NCBI GenBank assembly: GCA_040954595.2
Contig: CM082580.2
Coordinates: 8,968,390 to 9,032,389, forward strand
Length of the DNA stretch: 64,000 nt
Source of the DNA: Balanoglossus misakiensis
Lineage: Eukaryota > Animalia > Hemichordata
Direction: 5' to 3'
Made by a program: the position numbers and the translations under genes
Shown here: positions 32,996 through 45,082 of the stretch, one piece after another
How the letters are laid out: every line of letters begins with the position of its first letter
Position numbering within the stretch: the stretch's first letter is position 1
Notes under the pieces: generated by a model
The model's database searches: none
What the model was told of the DNA's origin: nothing
What the model saw: the letters and a program-made list of their open reading frames with translations, nothing else

Positions 32996-35900
32996 GTAAC
33001 CATGATATATTTTGAGGAATATATTTTTCGTGACTATAGATAGTTGCCGCATATACTGTGCATAGCGCCACCTATGTTGAGAAACACACTGCTGAGAATC
33101 TCAGTACAATGTTTAATTCGGACCTTTCAAGGCTACAGGGACCATGGGTTCAGTTAAACCCCAGCATTGCAAAGGCCGGCTCCCACAGTACTCTCTCGAA
33201 CAGTTGAAAGAACCTCAACACCAGATCCATGAGGAGACAAGTGTGGTTTCGCAATATTCCATTTGTACATTTTTGAAACAACAAGACATTCTCTTATGTA
33301 AACCATTATACCTAAATCAATGTGCATTGATCCAGCTGTATCATATAGAGTTACTCGAGGGAACGGGGTTTTTCCCCTTTCAAATGAATCTATTACCTCA
33401 GGCTTGTTATAAGACACTAACGATATATCATTGAAATGACCCCAGGAGGCGGCAAATCGATATAATTATCAGTAAATTATCTACATGCTGTAATGATAAC
33501 AGTCTGAGACTGTAACAAAAGGAAAGATGTTCCACACCTCAATTATTTGTTCCTATGTTGTCGTGTCATATTGTTTTGTTCCGGGTCTGTGTTGACTGTT
33601 TTGCATAGTGGAAATGTGTGTTTTTTCCACTTTCGTTGAAGTTTTGTGTGATCCATCCTGTAATGATAAACAGTAATGGATTTGCGTCAAGTGTGTGTTG
33701 TGTCTGTTTTTCCCCGTGTGTTTTGTGTGTACGGAAACTGATTTCTCTCGATATCATAAGAGATCGAAAATATGTTGCCCTGCCGCTCCGATAATGCAAA
33801 CAGTTGGGAAGACAAGACGGACAGAGAAGAAAACCCCAACAAGTTTGCTGAGAGCTACTCGTTCTGAAACTCAACGCCGCCCGCAAGTGTTTAAACTGTC
33901 GCCTTTGAGTATTTAATACCGTCACGCTCCGACATAGGAACAAATTGCAACAGGAAGAACGGATGTTGTACATACATGTACTTAGCATGTAATAGTTGAC
34001 GTACTGTTATTTTCCAGGCATTATTAAGGACAACACCCAGTCTCTAGTCCAGAATAGGGAGCTTTCATATATTAAAGGGGGCGAGGGAGGTCTTTTTTAC
34101 AAACCTGTGTTTGAAGGAGAGTTTTACAAGTATAGGGGAGAGTCCATGATCAATCATTACATAGCATAATGCCCTTTTTGGCGTCTTAATGTTGTAGGCA
34201 ATGATTCCAAGCATCACTAGCGCTTGCTCATCAACATGTCGAAGGTTCGATGGTAATTTACTAAATTTCACTTGCTGATGACAATTATCATTAGTCACAG
34301 GTTGCAATTACTGGAGGTGATAATGGTACAATCTGCAGAGGTGTGACAAAGTAGGATGTTTTAATGGCTTAGAAACCACTGTGGTTATAACCGCTCCGTC
34401 AAATCAACACGTTTTCTTTTGTTTGGCTAAACTGACGCCGTCGTCACGCCTTGGACACGTGAGTTAAAAACTCTTGTGTCGTTTTTGGCTCTACGAACCC
34501 TGTGGCATCGGTCTTGTCCACATTTTAAAATCCAATTTCACCTCCAAAATGATGCGAATTTGCCTATTTGTCTCCCTAGGTATTTGAAAACTGAACCCTC
34601 AAGGTTAAGACGTTTACGCATGACCAGAGGTGTTCAAGTTTGTAAGAGATGTTAAGTTCTCACTGGTCTGACAAAAACATTGAATGCGCGAGATTTAATA
34701 ATTCATCAGAAAACCTTGTCGGCGATGTGTCTGTCACGAGTTGATAGTACTTTGGACTTGTTCTAGGGGCTACTAGCGTGTAATTAGAGGAGCAATACCC
34801 CCGGAGAAACCTAAATTACATTAAAATGCCCTATTATCGTAAACATGGCGAAGAGGCCGTAATGTACTTATAACCCATGAGCCGTGGGCAGCTAGAGGCA
34901 CTTTATGTATTATCGTCGCCGTGCTGTCGTTTTCGTTTATCAAAAAATCAACACCACTCGATAGGTCATCGGCCAGTTTTATAGAGCCAGGCAGGTTTTT
35001 TATTACATATCATGTACTGTCATTAATGTGAGAAATGTTTGAATATCATCAACACTTGCAGGACCATGACGAAAATAATAGTATTGTCTGTGGTTTACGG
35101 TAAATGCATGGACGGTGACATCTTATCTCGTTTAAAAAGAGCAAAGACGTACGTGTAAAACGACTACATCGTTAATCTGATTGTAACATTATACCAACTT
35201 AAGCTACACGATTTTATTGGATTTTTTTGTCTATTTCGGGTAAATGGGTTAACTACATCGCTCTTGACCGTCCCTTTGTAGACCTTGTTTGTCTTCTTTC
35301 CGAAACGAAAGTACATGATGCATATCCGTACGACATGTGCGAAGTCACCAAACTGGCAAGTTGTTTACTGAATGTACTCCATGACTATGCTGCTTGGCAT
35401 ATATCCAAGAACCTGAAACCCTTCCAGATATATTGATCTGTTGTGTAACACTCCCATGAACAATAATTCCAAACCGAATCTGATTAACATGTTCGAACTT
35501 TTAGTATCTTTGCTGAGTTTTTACTGAATGCCATGCAGCAAGGGTAAACGTCATCGCGGAAATGTTTACGACAGTCCGCAAACCCATATCACAACTTTTT
35601 AGATTTACGTAATATTTACCAATACGACTATACTATACGCTGCATTCACAAACGCGCGCGCAGACATCAGGAAAACTCCATATCCGCTATTTTGCCTGTG
35701 GAAAATATGTTCTTTCAATCTCTACGTTTCCATGCCAACATTCACGTTCTTCCTGTACGTATTTGACACGCGGTCAAACGAGAGCACCGAGCGACACGAC
35801 GGGTGTCGGAGGAGTGAAAGAAATCGCGACCGTAAACACTCGGAAAGTATAAAGCACAGCGTGTCTTTTCGTTGGAAGTTTATCGTGTCACAAAGTACTA

Positions 35901-38900
35901 AGACTGCACAAATCAAAGTTTTCGATTAGATTTCTCCGTAATCTCGCCAATCGAAAATTTTTAAATCAATCTGATGTGCTATACGGTTTGTGAGTGCATG
36001 TGTAACGAAAATAAACTAAAGCTTCGTGTGTATAAAATATGCGACTACTTCCTCATTTTTGTGTAGGTTTCAGTGTGAATTGTGATCTCCAATTAGCCTC
36101 GAAAGTGAAAGTCTTAATCGCTCTCTCACACAATGCTCAAGGCAACCTTTAAGATTATTTTCTCATCAAATTGACAATAAAAATTGCGGGTCACCGTGCA
36201 AAATTTTGAATGATCTAAAATCGTTTGTTCCACTTCCAAAGCGGCTTCATCTTGCATCATTCACGTGTACAGCCAGCATCTTAATACTTTAATACTCATT
36301 TTTTTTTCTGCAGACGACTTTTGAAAGACGACTTCAGTTATCCATAATAACGTGCGTCACACATCTTAAAATCAGTATCATCGAGTCAAGGTGGTTTGCG
36401 ACGCAGTGCACGGGGGAAAAGATTAAATTATAGACGATAAAACGGTCATGCACACAAATTGCCGAAACTATAATCACGATTTACAGCTAGCCTCTCTTCA
36501 AGAGCAAATGACCGGGCAAGCCTTGAACCATAGTGTGAGGTGTTACCTTTTAATTTTGTTTACCTTTCACTCAGGCGACATTCACAAATATAGTGGGTGA
36601 TGGTTGGGGTCGATCGGTCATTGCAGTTTATGTTAAAGATTGTATTTGTAAGATTGTGTAATTTATGTTGAGGTTTGAACAAGTAATGGGACATTCAAAT
36701 ACGGCCGCTCCATGCAAATGAGCAAAAACGTAGGACAATCCGCGTATACACATTACAATCTTCGCGGAAACAACTCAGCTCATATTGATTCTTGCCAACT
36801 TGGCCATCTCTGATATCACGAGTCAGTGACCTCCGTGAGTTGCATTCAGTGGCTATAAACCTGGTTAACCGGATTTATTTCACCGCTAAAGTAAAATGAC
36901 AGAGTGAACGCACAAGCAAAACGCCTTAAGTTCAAAACAATATTGGTATTGGCAGAAAAAAAAATAACGTGGGAAGAAATCCCTTAGTAATGGAGTTACA
37001 GATGTAAGCTTTGTGGCCGCCTGGAGGACTGATTCTCCATGCCTCGCAGCAGTAGTTAAGTTTCATTTTTAATTTGATCAAACCACGTATCCCCCCATTT
37101 TAATTAATCTTTGTGCAACCAAATTCTAAGAAAAGGGGCAACCGAATTGCAAGATGTGACGTATTTAATTTATTGTTCGTAAAATCATGTATTTGTCCGA
37201 CTTGGTTAGGTAAATTGTCGCATCATATATTATAGGTCAAATTATTTAACTTCGTCGGCTCCCACGGGCAACGCATCAATAAGACATTAATCCCAATTTT
37301 AAGACTCGTAATTTCTGGCCTACGTCGATCACTTGAACTTTCCAAAACATCTGTAGCTGCTCAGTAGTTTGTTGTTTTTGGCTTGGGTGAATATCCTGAT
37401 TTTTTTTCTAGGAACACCGTCACCCTTGAGGCAAATCCCACATGGAACCGTAGCAAATGACATTTAAAAACACATTAGAATCCAGTCGTAAAGTGTAACT
37501 CATGTTACAAATGGACTACTCGATGCAGTAACACCACATGGATGCGCAGTGCCCGAGTACAGGGAAGCGCCCCATCGTCAAGGAGATTGGATTTCTGAGA
37601 CGCCGGACGCGCTACGCAGCTGCGTGCATTTCTGTTTTGTAAAATCTTGGAGTAAAGCACATTTCAGAGACGAATAAGGAAGGCTATCGTTCTGTCCATT
37701 GTTGCCTGTTACTAGTACGTAGGAGGAGGGGGAGAAGGAGAAGAGGAGAAAGGGGAGCGAGTGAAACAGGACTCAGGAGGCATGATACGAATATTTCTAT
37801 CCATTTTTTGTCAGAAACAGGGAAAGATAAAATATTATCGAATAAAGTAACGTATATCAGTTTCGGGTAAGCTTATCTCGATTTCAGTATAAATGGGTTA
37901 CAGTAGCCCGATTTCTATACTCTGGCTGGTTGGCTTTTGAAAGCATGCAAACATTTAGCATCTCCCAGTGCCCCCTTATTTGCAACAGTGCAACACTTGA
38001 ACGTCATCAGCGGCCTACTCGAGTACCAGCGGAAGAACTCTCGGCATCCATTGCCTTTTTTGTATAGACATCTGGCATTTCAGACTGCTTATACGCTCCA
38101 GTACCAATGAGCGCTTTTTTATCTGTTGACAATAGAGACTGACGCATCTGCGGCGCGTGTCATGTGTTTCAAGCATGATTGCAGATTGGACAGGATCCTA
38201 AGCACCGTTTTGCATATCAATAGTGTTAGCAATTTTGAGGAAAATTTCCATGAATCAGCGAAGATATTGGAAACACCTACACTGACGTTACAGCCGTACT
38301 TGCCCGTGTCAGCATTAAAATAACATTTAATTAGTCCACAGAAAACGATGCTTCTATTTGTTTCTGCATGGTTTCGCTGATAGCTCTGTTATTGTGCAAG
38401 GAAGCCCCGGTATTTCTCTCAAGGTTTCGCCATATCCTGTGTGTTACTTTTCCACGGATTGAATCTCAAGGGCTGGGATGCAACGCACGGTTCAACTGGC
38501 TCGCGAAGGCTCGGGGGCGTCATTTACGACTTGGCTTGATAGTATATGCTCTGACCGTGCAAATTCACAGGCCATAGGAGCATTGACAACTTCAAATATT
38601 GATGAAATCCCCTTGTTACATTCAAGTGGCGCACACTGCGCTATTTGACCTTCGTGCACTTTCCTGAATGAGATCAGCGTCTGGCAAGCGCATTCATTAT
38701 GGACGAATCAATGTGAGAAGCCTATCATGCTGCCCACCAGATGCGCCACTTGATTCTGTACGCCGTCTGAATATCTTGACACAGAGTCTTCACCATCTGC
38801 ACAAACTGGGTCGAACCTGTTGACATGGCGTCATTTTACGCATACAACACTTGCCGGATAACGTCATGAAAGAAACTCACGCAATTCACATCTACGAATC

Positions 38901-40303
38901 ATAAAGTATAAATTTGTTTCTATGTTCCAATGAGGGCTTTGGCGTATTTTGTTGTAGACTTTAAAATTTGAATCTAGTGTTGATTTTAGGGCATGTGGAT
39001 TAAAACTCGTATTTGGGGTTTCAACAACGTGACTGGGACATTCAGGACGTATGCAGGCGGCAAATTATCGTAATCACAGCACGGGATACCAAATATCATC
39101 TCTCGCTCCGTTATGAGTGTAGCCCCATTATTCGCATCATTTTATGTATCCTTTACGAGCATAACCTAAAACGAAGGAAACCGAAGGAAACCGAAGGACA
39201 CTGATTTTTCCATATTTTAGTGCGAAGGACACGGTTTTCTGTATGCTAGAGGCCGAAGGACTGGTTTAGCTTCGAATTAAACGCCGAAGGACGGGTGTAG
39301 CTCCGTAATTTTGGCCGAAGGAAAGCGAAGGACGCTGATTTATCCGTATTTTAGTGCGAAGGACGTGGTTTTCTCTATGCTGGGGGCCGAAGGACTGGTT
39401 TAGTTCGGTAATTAAAGCTTAAGGACGGGTGTAGCTCCGTAATTTTGGCCGAAGGAAACCGAAGGACACTGATTTTTCCATATTTTAGTGCGAAGGACAC
39501 GGTTTTCTGTATGCTAGAGGCCGAAGGACTGGTTTAGCTTCGAATTAAACGCCGAAGGACGGGTGTAGCTCCGTAATTTTGGCCGAAGGAAAGCGAAGGA
39601 CGCTGATTTATCCGTATTTTAGTGCGAAGGACGTGGTTTTCTCTATGCTGGGGGCCGAAGGACTGGTTTAGTTCGGTAATTAAAGCTTAAGGACGGGTGT
39701 AGCTCCGTAATTTTGGCCGAAGGAAACCGAAGGACACTGATTTTTCCATATTTTAGTGCGAAGGACACGGTTTTCTGTATGCTAGAGGCCGAAGGACTGG
39801 TTTAGCTTCGAATTAAACGCCGAAGGACGGGTGTAGCTCCGTAATTTTGGCCGAAGGAAAGCGAAGGACGCTGATTTATCCCTATTTTAGTGCGAAGGAC
39901 GTGGTTTTCTGTATGCTAGAGGCCGAAGGACAAGTGTAGCTCAGTAATTTAGGGCGAAGGAAACCGAAGGACGCTGATTTATCCCTATTTTAGTGCGAAG
40001 GACGTGGTTTTTTGTATGCTGGTGGCCGAAGGACAGGTGTGGCTCAGTAATTTAGGGCGAAGGAAACCGAAGGACGCTGATTTATCCCTATTTTAGTGCG
40101 AAGGACGTGGTTTTTTGTATGCTGGTGGCCGAAGGACAGGTGTGGCTCAGTAATTTAGGGCGAAGGAAACCGAAGGACAGTCATATTTCCATATTTTAGG
40201 GCGAAGGACACGATTCTCTCACGATTATCAGAGACTTGGCGTCAGCTAGTACACGTCTGACCAGAGTTACTGATATCAATGTCGAGATCTTAAGTAGAGT
40301 GTC

Positions 40304-40554
40304 ATGTTTACACGAAACAAAACTAAACAAACATACCTCATAGAAATGCTATCACTAATTCTACGTAACAATACTTTTGAATTAAACAACAAATTCTACA
40401 AGCAAACATGCAGTTGTACCGTGGGCTCAAATGCTTCACCGGGAATAGCCGACATTACGTTCCATGAACTGGAAATGAAAAACAACTGACAAAAAACGAT
40501 CTCAACACAAGATCACACTATTGATATCCTAATTCCGAGATACAGAGAGATGGA
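40304..40554 (+). pseudogene. Degenerate Penelope-like reverse transcriptase fragment inside the foldback loop
   Basis: LIEMLSLILRNNTFELNNKFYKQTCSCTVGSNASPGIADITFHELE resembles PLE RT motif B (L..N.F.F....Y.Q..G..MGS..SP..A.I....LE). It is followed by AGA TAC AGA GA- GAT GGA at 40538-40554, a frameshifted RYRDDG. Confidence 0.7.
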
Positions 40555-40612
40555 TACTAATGTCCTTCTCCCTAAAATATGGAGAATCACTGTCCTTCGC
40601 TTTCCTGAGTTA

Positions 40613-41422
40613 GGTGCGGAATTGTGTCTTATCATGCTCTTTTCACGTCCATGGTCTTATTGAAGGGGCATTTCTAAACTACATGTATTGTCTAAGGAAG
40701 CTAATTTAGCTAATAATGATAAACACGGCTTTTTTCAAGATAATTATCACTTTCTAAATATCGTTCTAAACTTTCTAAACTAGCAGCAGTTTAGAAAGTT
40801 GGACTACTTGGGCGTTTACAAATGTACGGCGTACACTTTGGAAGTAGGCTTGGAATGAAGAGAGAGACGGGATGGCCAGTACTTCGGTGGGAAGTCAAAT
40901 GTGATCTTTGTTTTATTTTAACAGTATATATAGTCGAAGTTCTAACTCTGACATTTTACAACACCTCATAATGGTAGAACAATGGTGTTAAGACATTGAT
41001 TAACCTGAGACTTCAGTCGTTGCACAGAACAATGGTGTCATACAAACGAAGCCCATATCTCAATAAACTGAGAGGAGTTTTGAGATAAGGCTTGATTTGG
41101 GCAATAAACGATTCCCAACATTCTCCCGTCCGCAAATATTGAAATTGAAATGCACCAATTGAAATCATACATGAAAATTCCGCAAATATTGGAATGGAAA
41201 TACAGCACTTATATCGTAGGCAGAAAATTTTAGTCGGGGGGGGGGGGGCTTTCTAAACTGTGGCTAATTTATAAATTTAGAACGATATTTAGAAAGCGAT
41301 AATTATCGTAGTGATAATTATCCTTAAAACTTATATAGTTTAGAACTATTTAGCTACAGCTAATTTAGCTTTCTACACTTGTAGCTAAACTTTCTAAAAA
41401 CGATTAAACACAATTCCGCACC
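40613..41422. mobile_element. PIF/Harbinger (Tourist-like) MITE, 810 bp, nested in the foldback right arm
   Basis: TIR GGTGCGGAATTGTGT / ACACAATTCCGCACC; TTA TSD at 40610-40612 and 41423-41425; internal subterminal TTCTAAA and GATAATTATC repeats. Confidence 0.85.
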
Positions 41423-44400
41423 TTACTGGCTTCCCTTCGCCCTAAAATATGGAGATATGAGCGTCCTTCGCTTTCCTTCGGCCTAAATTACGGAGCTACA
41501 TCCGTCCTTCGGCGTTTAATTCGAAGCTAAACCAATCCCTTGGCCTCCAGCATACAGAAAACCGTGTCCTTCGCACTAAAATATGGAAAAATCAGTGTCC
41601 TTCGGTTTCCTTCGGCCAAAATTACGGAGCTACACCCGTCCTTAAGCTTTAATTACCGAACTAAACCAGTCCTTCGGCCCCCAGCATAGAGAAAACCACG
41701 TCCTTCGCACTAAAATACGGATAAATCAGCGTCCTTCGCTTTCCTTCGGCCAAAATTACGGAGCTACACCCGTCCTTCGGCGTTTAATTCGAAGCTAAAC
41801 CAGTCCTTCGGCCTCTAGCATACAGAAAACCGTGTCCTTCGCACTAAAATATGGAAAAATCAGTGTCCTTCGCTTTCCTTCGCCCTAAATTACTGAGCCA
41901 CACCTGTCATTCGGCCACCAGCATACAAAAAACCACGTCCTTCGCACTAAAATAGGGATAAATCAGCGTCCTTCGGTTTCCTTCGCCCTAAATTACTGAG
42001 CTACACTTGTCCTTCGGCCTCTAGCATACAGAAAACCTCGTCCTTCGGCCGAAAATAGGGATAAATCAGCGTCCTTCGGTTTCCTTCGCCCTAAATTACT
42101 GAGCCACACCTGTCATTCGGCCACCAGCATACAAAAAACCACGTCCTTCGCACTAAAATAGGGATAAATCAGCGTCCTTCGGTTTCCTTCGCCCTAAATT
42201 ACTGAGCTACACTTGTCCTTCGGCCTCTAGCATACAGAAAACCTCGTCCTTCGGCCGAAAATAGGGATAAATCAGCGTCCTTCGGTTTCCTTCGCCCTAA
42301 ATTACTGAGCCACACCTGTCATTCGGCCACCAGCATACAAAAAACCACGTCCTTCGCACTAAAATAGGGATAAATCAGCGTCCTTCGGTTTCCTTCGCCC
42401 TAAATTACTGAGCTACACTTGTCCTTCGGCCTCTAGCATACAGAAAACCTCGTCCTTCGGCCGAAAATATGGAGATATGAGCGTCCTTCGCTTTCCTTCG
42501 GCCTAAATTACGGAGCTACACCCGTCCTTCGGCGTTTAATTCGAAGCTAAACCAATCCCTTGGCCTCCAGAATACAGAAAACCGTGTCCTTCGCACTAAA
42601 ATATGGAAAAATCAGTGTCCTTCGCTTTCCTTCGGCCAAAATTACGGAGCTGAACCCGTCCTGCGGCTTTAATTACCGAACTAAACCTGTCCTTCGGCCA
42701 CCAGCATAATTAATTACCGAACTAAACCTATCCTTCGGCCACCAGCATAGAGAAAACCTTTTCCTTCGCACTTAAATATGGATAAATCAGCGTCCTTCGC
42801 TTTCCTTCGGCGTTTAATTCGAAGCTAAACCAGTCCTTCGGCCTCTAGCATACAGAAAACCGTGTCCTTCGCACTAAAATATGGAAAAAACAGTGTCCTT
42901 CAGTTTCCTTCGGTTTCCTTCGGTTTCCTTCGTTTTAGTCTCACCCTCCTTTACGTCAGCGCAAAACGACACTAACAAGGGCCGTCGCGAAACATCCCAG
43001 TTCAGAGGTGGACCTTTATAATGAGGACACAGATGAGCACATTTTGTAAATGGAAATCTTTCAGCTATATTGTTTGCAAAATGTCACACGAAACTAGAAG
43101 CGTGCGCCCACAGCATCGGATGAGGATTAAACCGCCTGTAAGTGGTTTTTGCCATCTACGCATGCGTTTACCTCTCAGGTGGAGTATTGATAATGATTTG
43201 AATGCCCGTAGGATATAGACCGAATTACGTATATGCAAGGAAACCAACTTAATATACCCACATCTGTCCCTGGGAGTTGATTCAGCCATTGGTGCTATTT
43301 TGAAATCAATTGCTTATTCCGTTCACAAGAACGCCTGAAAGGTGACCGCATGATTTTAGTTCTTACAACAAGAACAGTTGAAAGTGTAAAACGAAGCGTT
43401 TTTACAAACTTCGTTAATTCCTACTTACTCAATAATGTTAACTGATTCCAATGTAACCCGTATATAGACAGCCAGCCATCTGTAGCCTTCGAAAGACCTT
43501 ACACCTTTGCCCTTCTCAGCTTCTTCGCTGGAGTACGCAACATGGGGCGTTTGACGACAGTACAACACGTTTCCTGGCAAGGAAATGAAAAGGAGGAAGA
43601 TGGGACAGGGTATATAAGTCTAGTAACCGACTCTGTCGCGACCTATTAAGATGTCGTTGAAATTATTACCCGCGAGTCAATGACCGGTGTGGCTTGGGGG
43701 AATTCGTAAACGAGGAAAGCCGAGGTTTGCTGAGTCATTCCCCAATACTCGAATCAACCATGAATCATTCCATTTATATTTTGGCGGCGTATTGAGCTAA
43801 CACACAAAGACGTGGCAACTGTACACATACGATTCTCGTTTGTTCACGGAAGTTCGTTAACTTGCCCATCAAAAGCACCCGCCCACTTATTGTGGGTTTT
43901 GTACATTCAAACTTTGCTGGAAACAAATGAAAAACCAATGAAATGAGATTCCCAGGCAAGGCACTTACCAAAGCAAGTAATTTGACACAAAAATCGAAGG
44001 ATCTGGAAGCTCTTTTTAAAGAAATATTAAAGAGTGAAACCCCAATCAACGAGCGGATGTTCAAAGCATCCGACCCGTCTACAACTCACATGCACATCAA
44101 TATTCTCACTGATCAGCTGATCCCGAACACCTACATGTATACGTCCCGGTTCTCACTCTTTCACAGATCATCCCAGACGCCATTTTCTCCTCAATCTGAA
44201 AAAAAATCAGCAATCGGCAACATATTGTCGTGATACAATTACATCGGAATCAAGTTGCTTGTTGATCACGATTTGATACTTGGTGGGTAGAATCCAGGAC
44301 GTTGATGCTGGCGGCTCCTGTTAAAATAACACAAAACCGTGATTTTCAAAGCAGGTAGCCTAAGTTTAATAGGGACAAGTTAGAGTCACCGTTATAATAG

Positions 44401-44497
44401 TAGTCATTATAAACTGCATATTCCCTTTACGACAGTGCAAACAGGGGATACCTGCAGCGGATTTTTTTCTCTGCCTCATCTCACCGTGTACGTCGTC

Positions 44498-44511
44498 GTC
44501 ACCATGGAAAC
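44498..44511. promoter_or_regulatory. RFX X-box motif upstream of the GPCR
   Basis: GTCACCATGGAAAC, about 570 bp before the GPCR ATG; related motifs at 47117 and 48666. Confidence 0.4.
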
Positions 44512-45082
44512 GACAAGAAAGCATCCCTTTCTCCGCGTATCTTTTACAAAGGAGGCGACATTGCCTGTAATTGATTTTCATAGGGCTCAGTTTGCCTTTG
44601 ACGTGTTGCGTTGATTCTGTTCACAATATGTCACGTTCGGAGAACGATTTGTTGTTGTTGTTAGAGTTCTGCGAAATAACAGCGAGGGTGGCGGGAATTT
44701 CAGACCAATCAACGACACCTGGCGTAGGGGGTCGGACCATGGAAAACCTCCCACCTGTTTGATCATGAGTAAGCGATACCCATTTTCAAAGGAGTTTGAA
44801 GCATGGTATATATGTGCGCGATTCACGTTCCGGGGCCCCGCGCTGCTCTGTAGCCTGGAAGCGAGGATCTCGCGAGCGAGGAGCGGCGCTTGTCACATCA
44901 CACAGGCTCATTACCTCGACCGATGACGCCGAAGATGTTAAAAGAAAACCGAAGATTGATTAGTACCCGACTGTTTACTGTCACACACGGACATTAGCCG
45001 GTCACTGCACGGAGACGATATGATGATGAAGATATCATAAGATTGTCGCCGACGCTGATATAGTTGTACGACGCTGGTTGCG

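Larger units (their letters stand above)
39158..42946. mobile_element. Foldback-type (FB/MULE-like) non-autonomous DNA transposon with long modular inverted arms
   Basis: Perfect 9-bp TSD TCCTTTACG at 39149-39157 and 42947-42955. Left arm about 39166-40210; right arm (40561-40609 plus 41426-42938) is its reverse complement. Arms are built from CGAAGGA-anchored 31-bp and 10-bp units in 134/268-bp and 103/206-bp higher-order repeats. No transposase ORF. Confidence 0.88.

Noticed and set aside
32996-33450. snRNA or Pol III gene expected near the octamer/GC/CRE module
   Set aside because: No recognisable U1-U6, 7SK or tRNA sequence or PSE on either side; an Rfam scan would be needed to exclude it fully.
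36094-36210. Fragments of what looks like a dispersed repeat (also near 20148 and 54470-54520)
   Set aside because: Probably decayed DNA-transposon pieces, but boundaries, TIRs and TSDs could not be defined by eye.
39166-42938. CRISPR-like look of regularly spaced CGAAGGAC motifs separated by short segments
   Set aside because: The intervening segments recur periodically instead of being unique, the array is mirrored as an inverted repeat with a TSD, there are no cas genes, and the context is eukaryotic.
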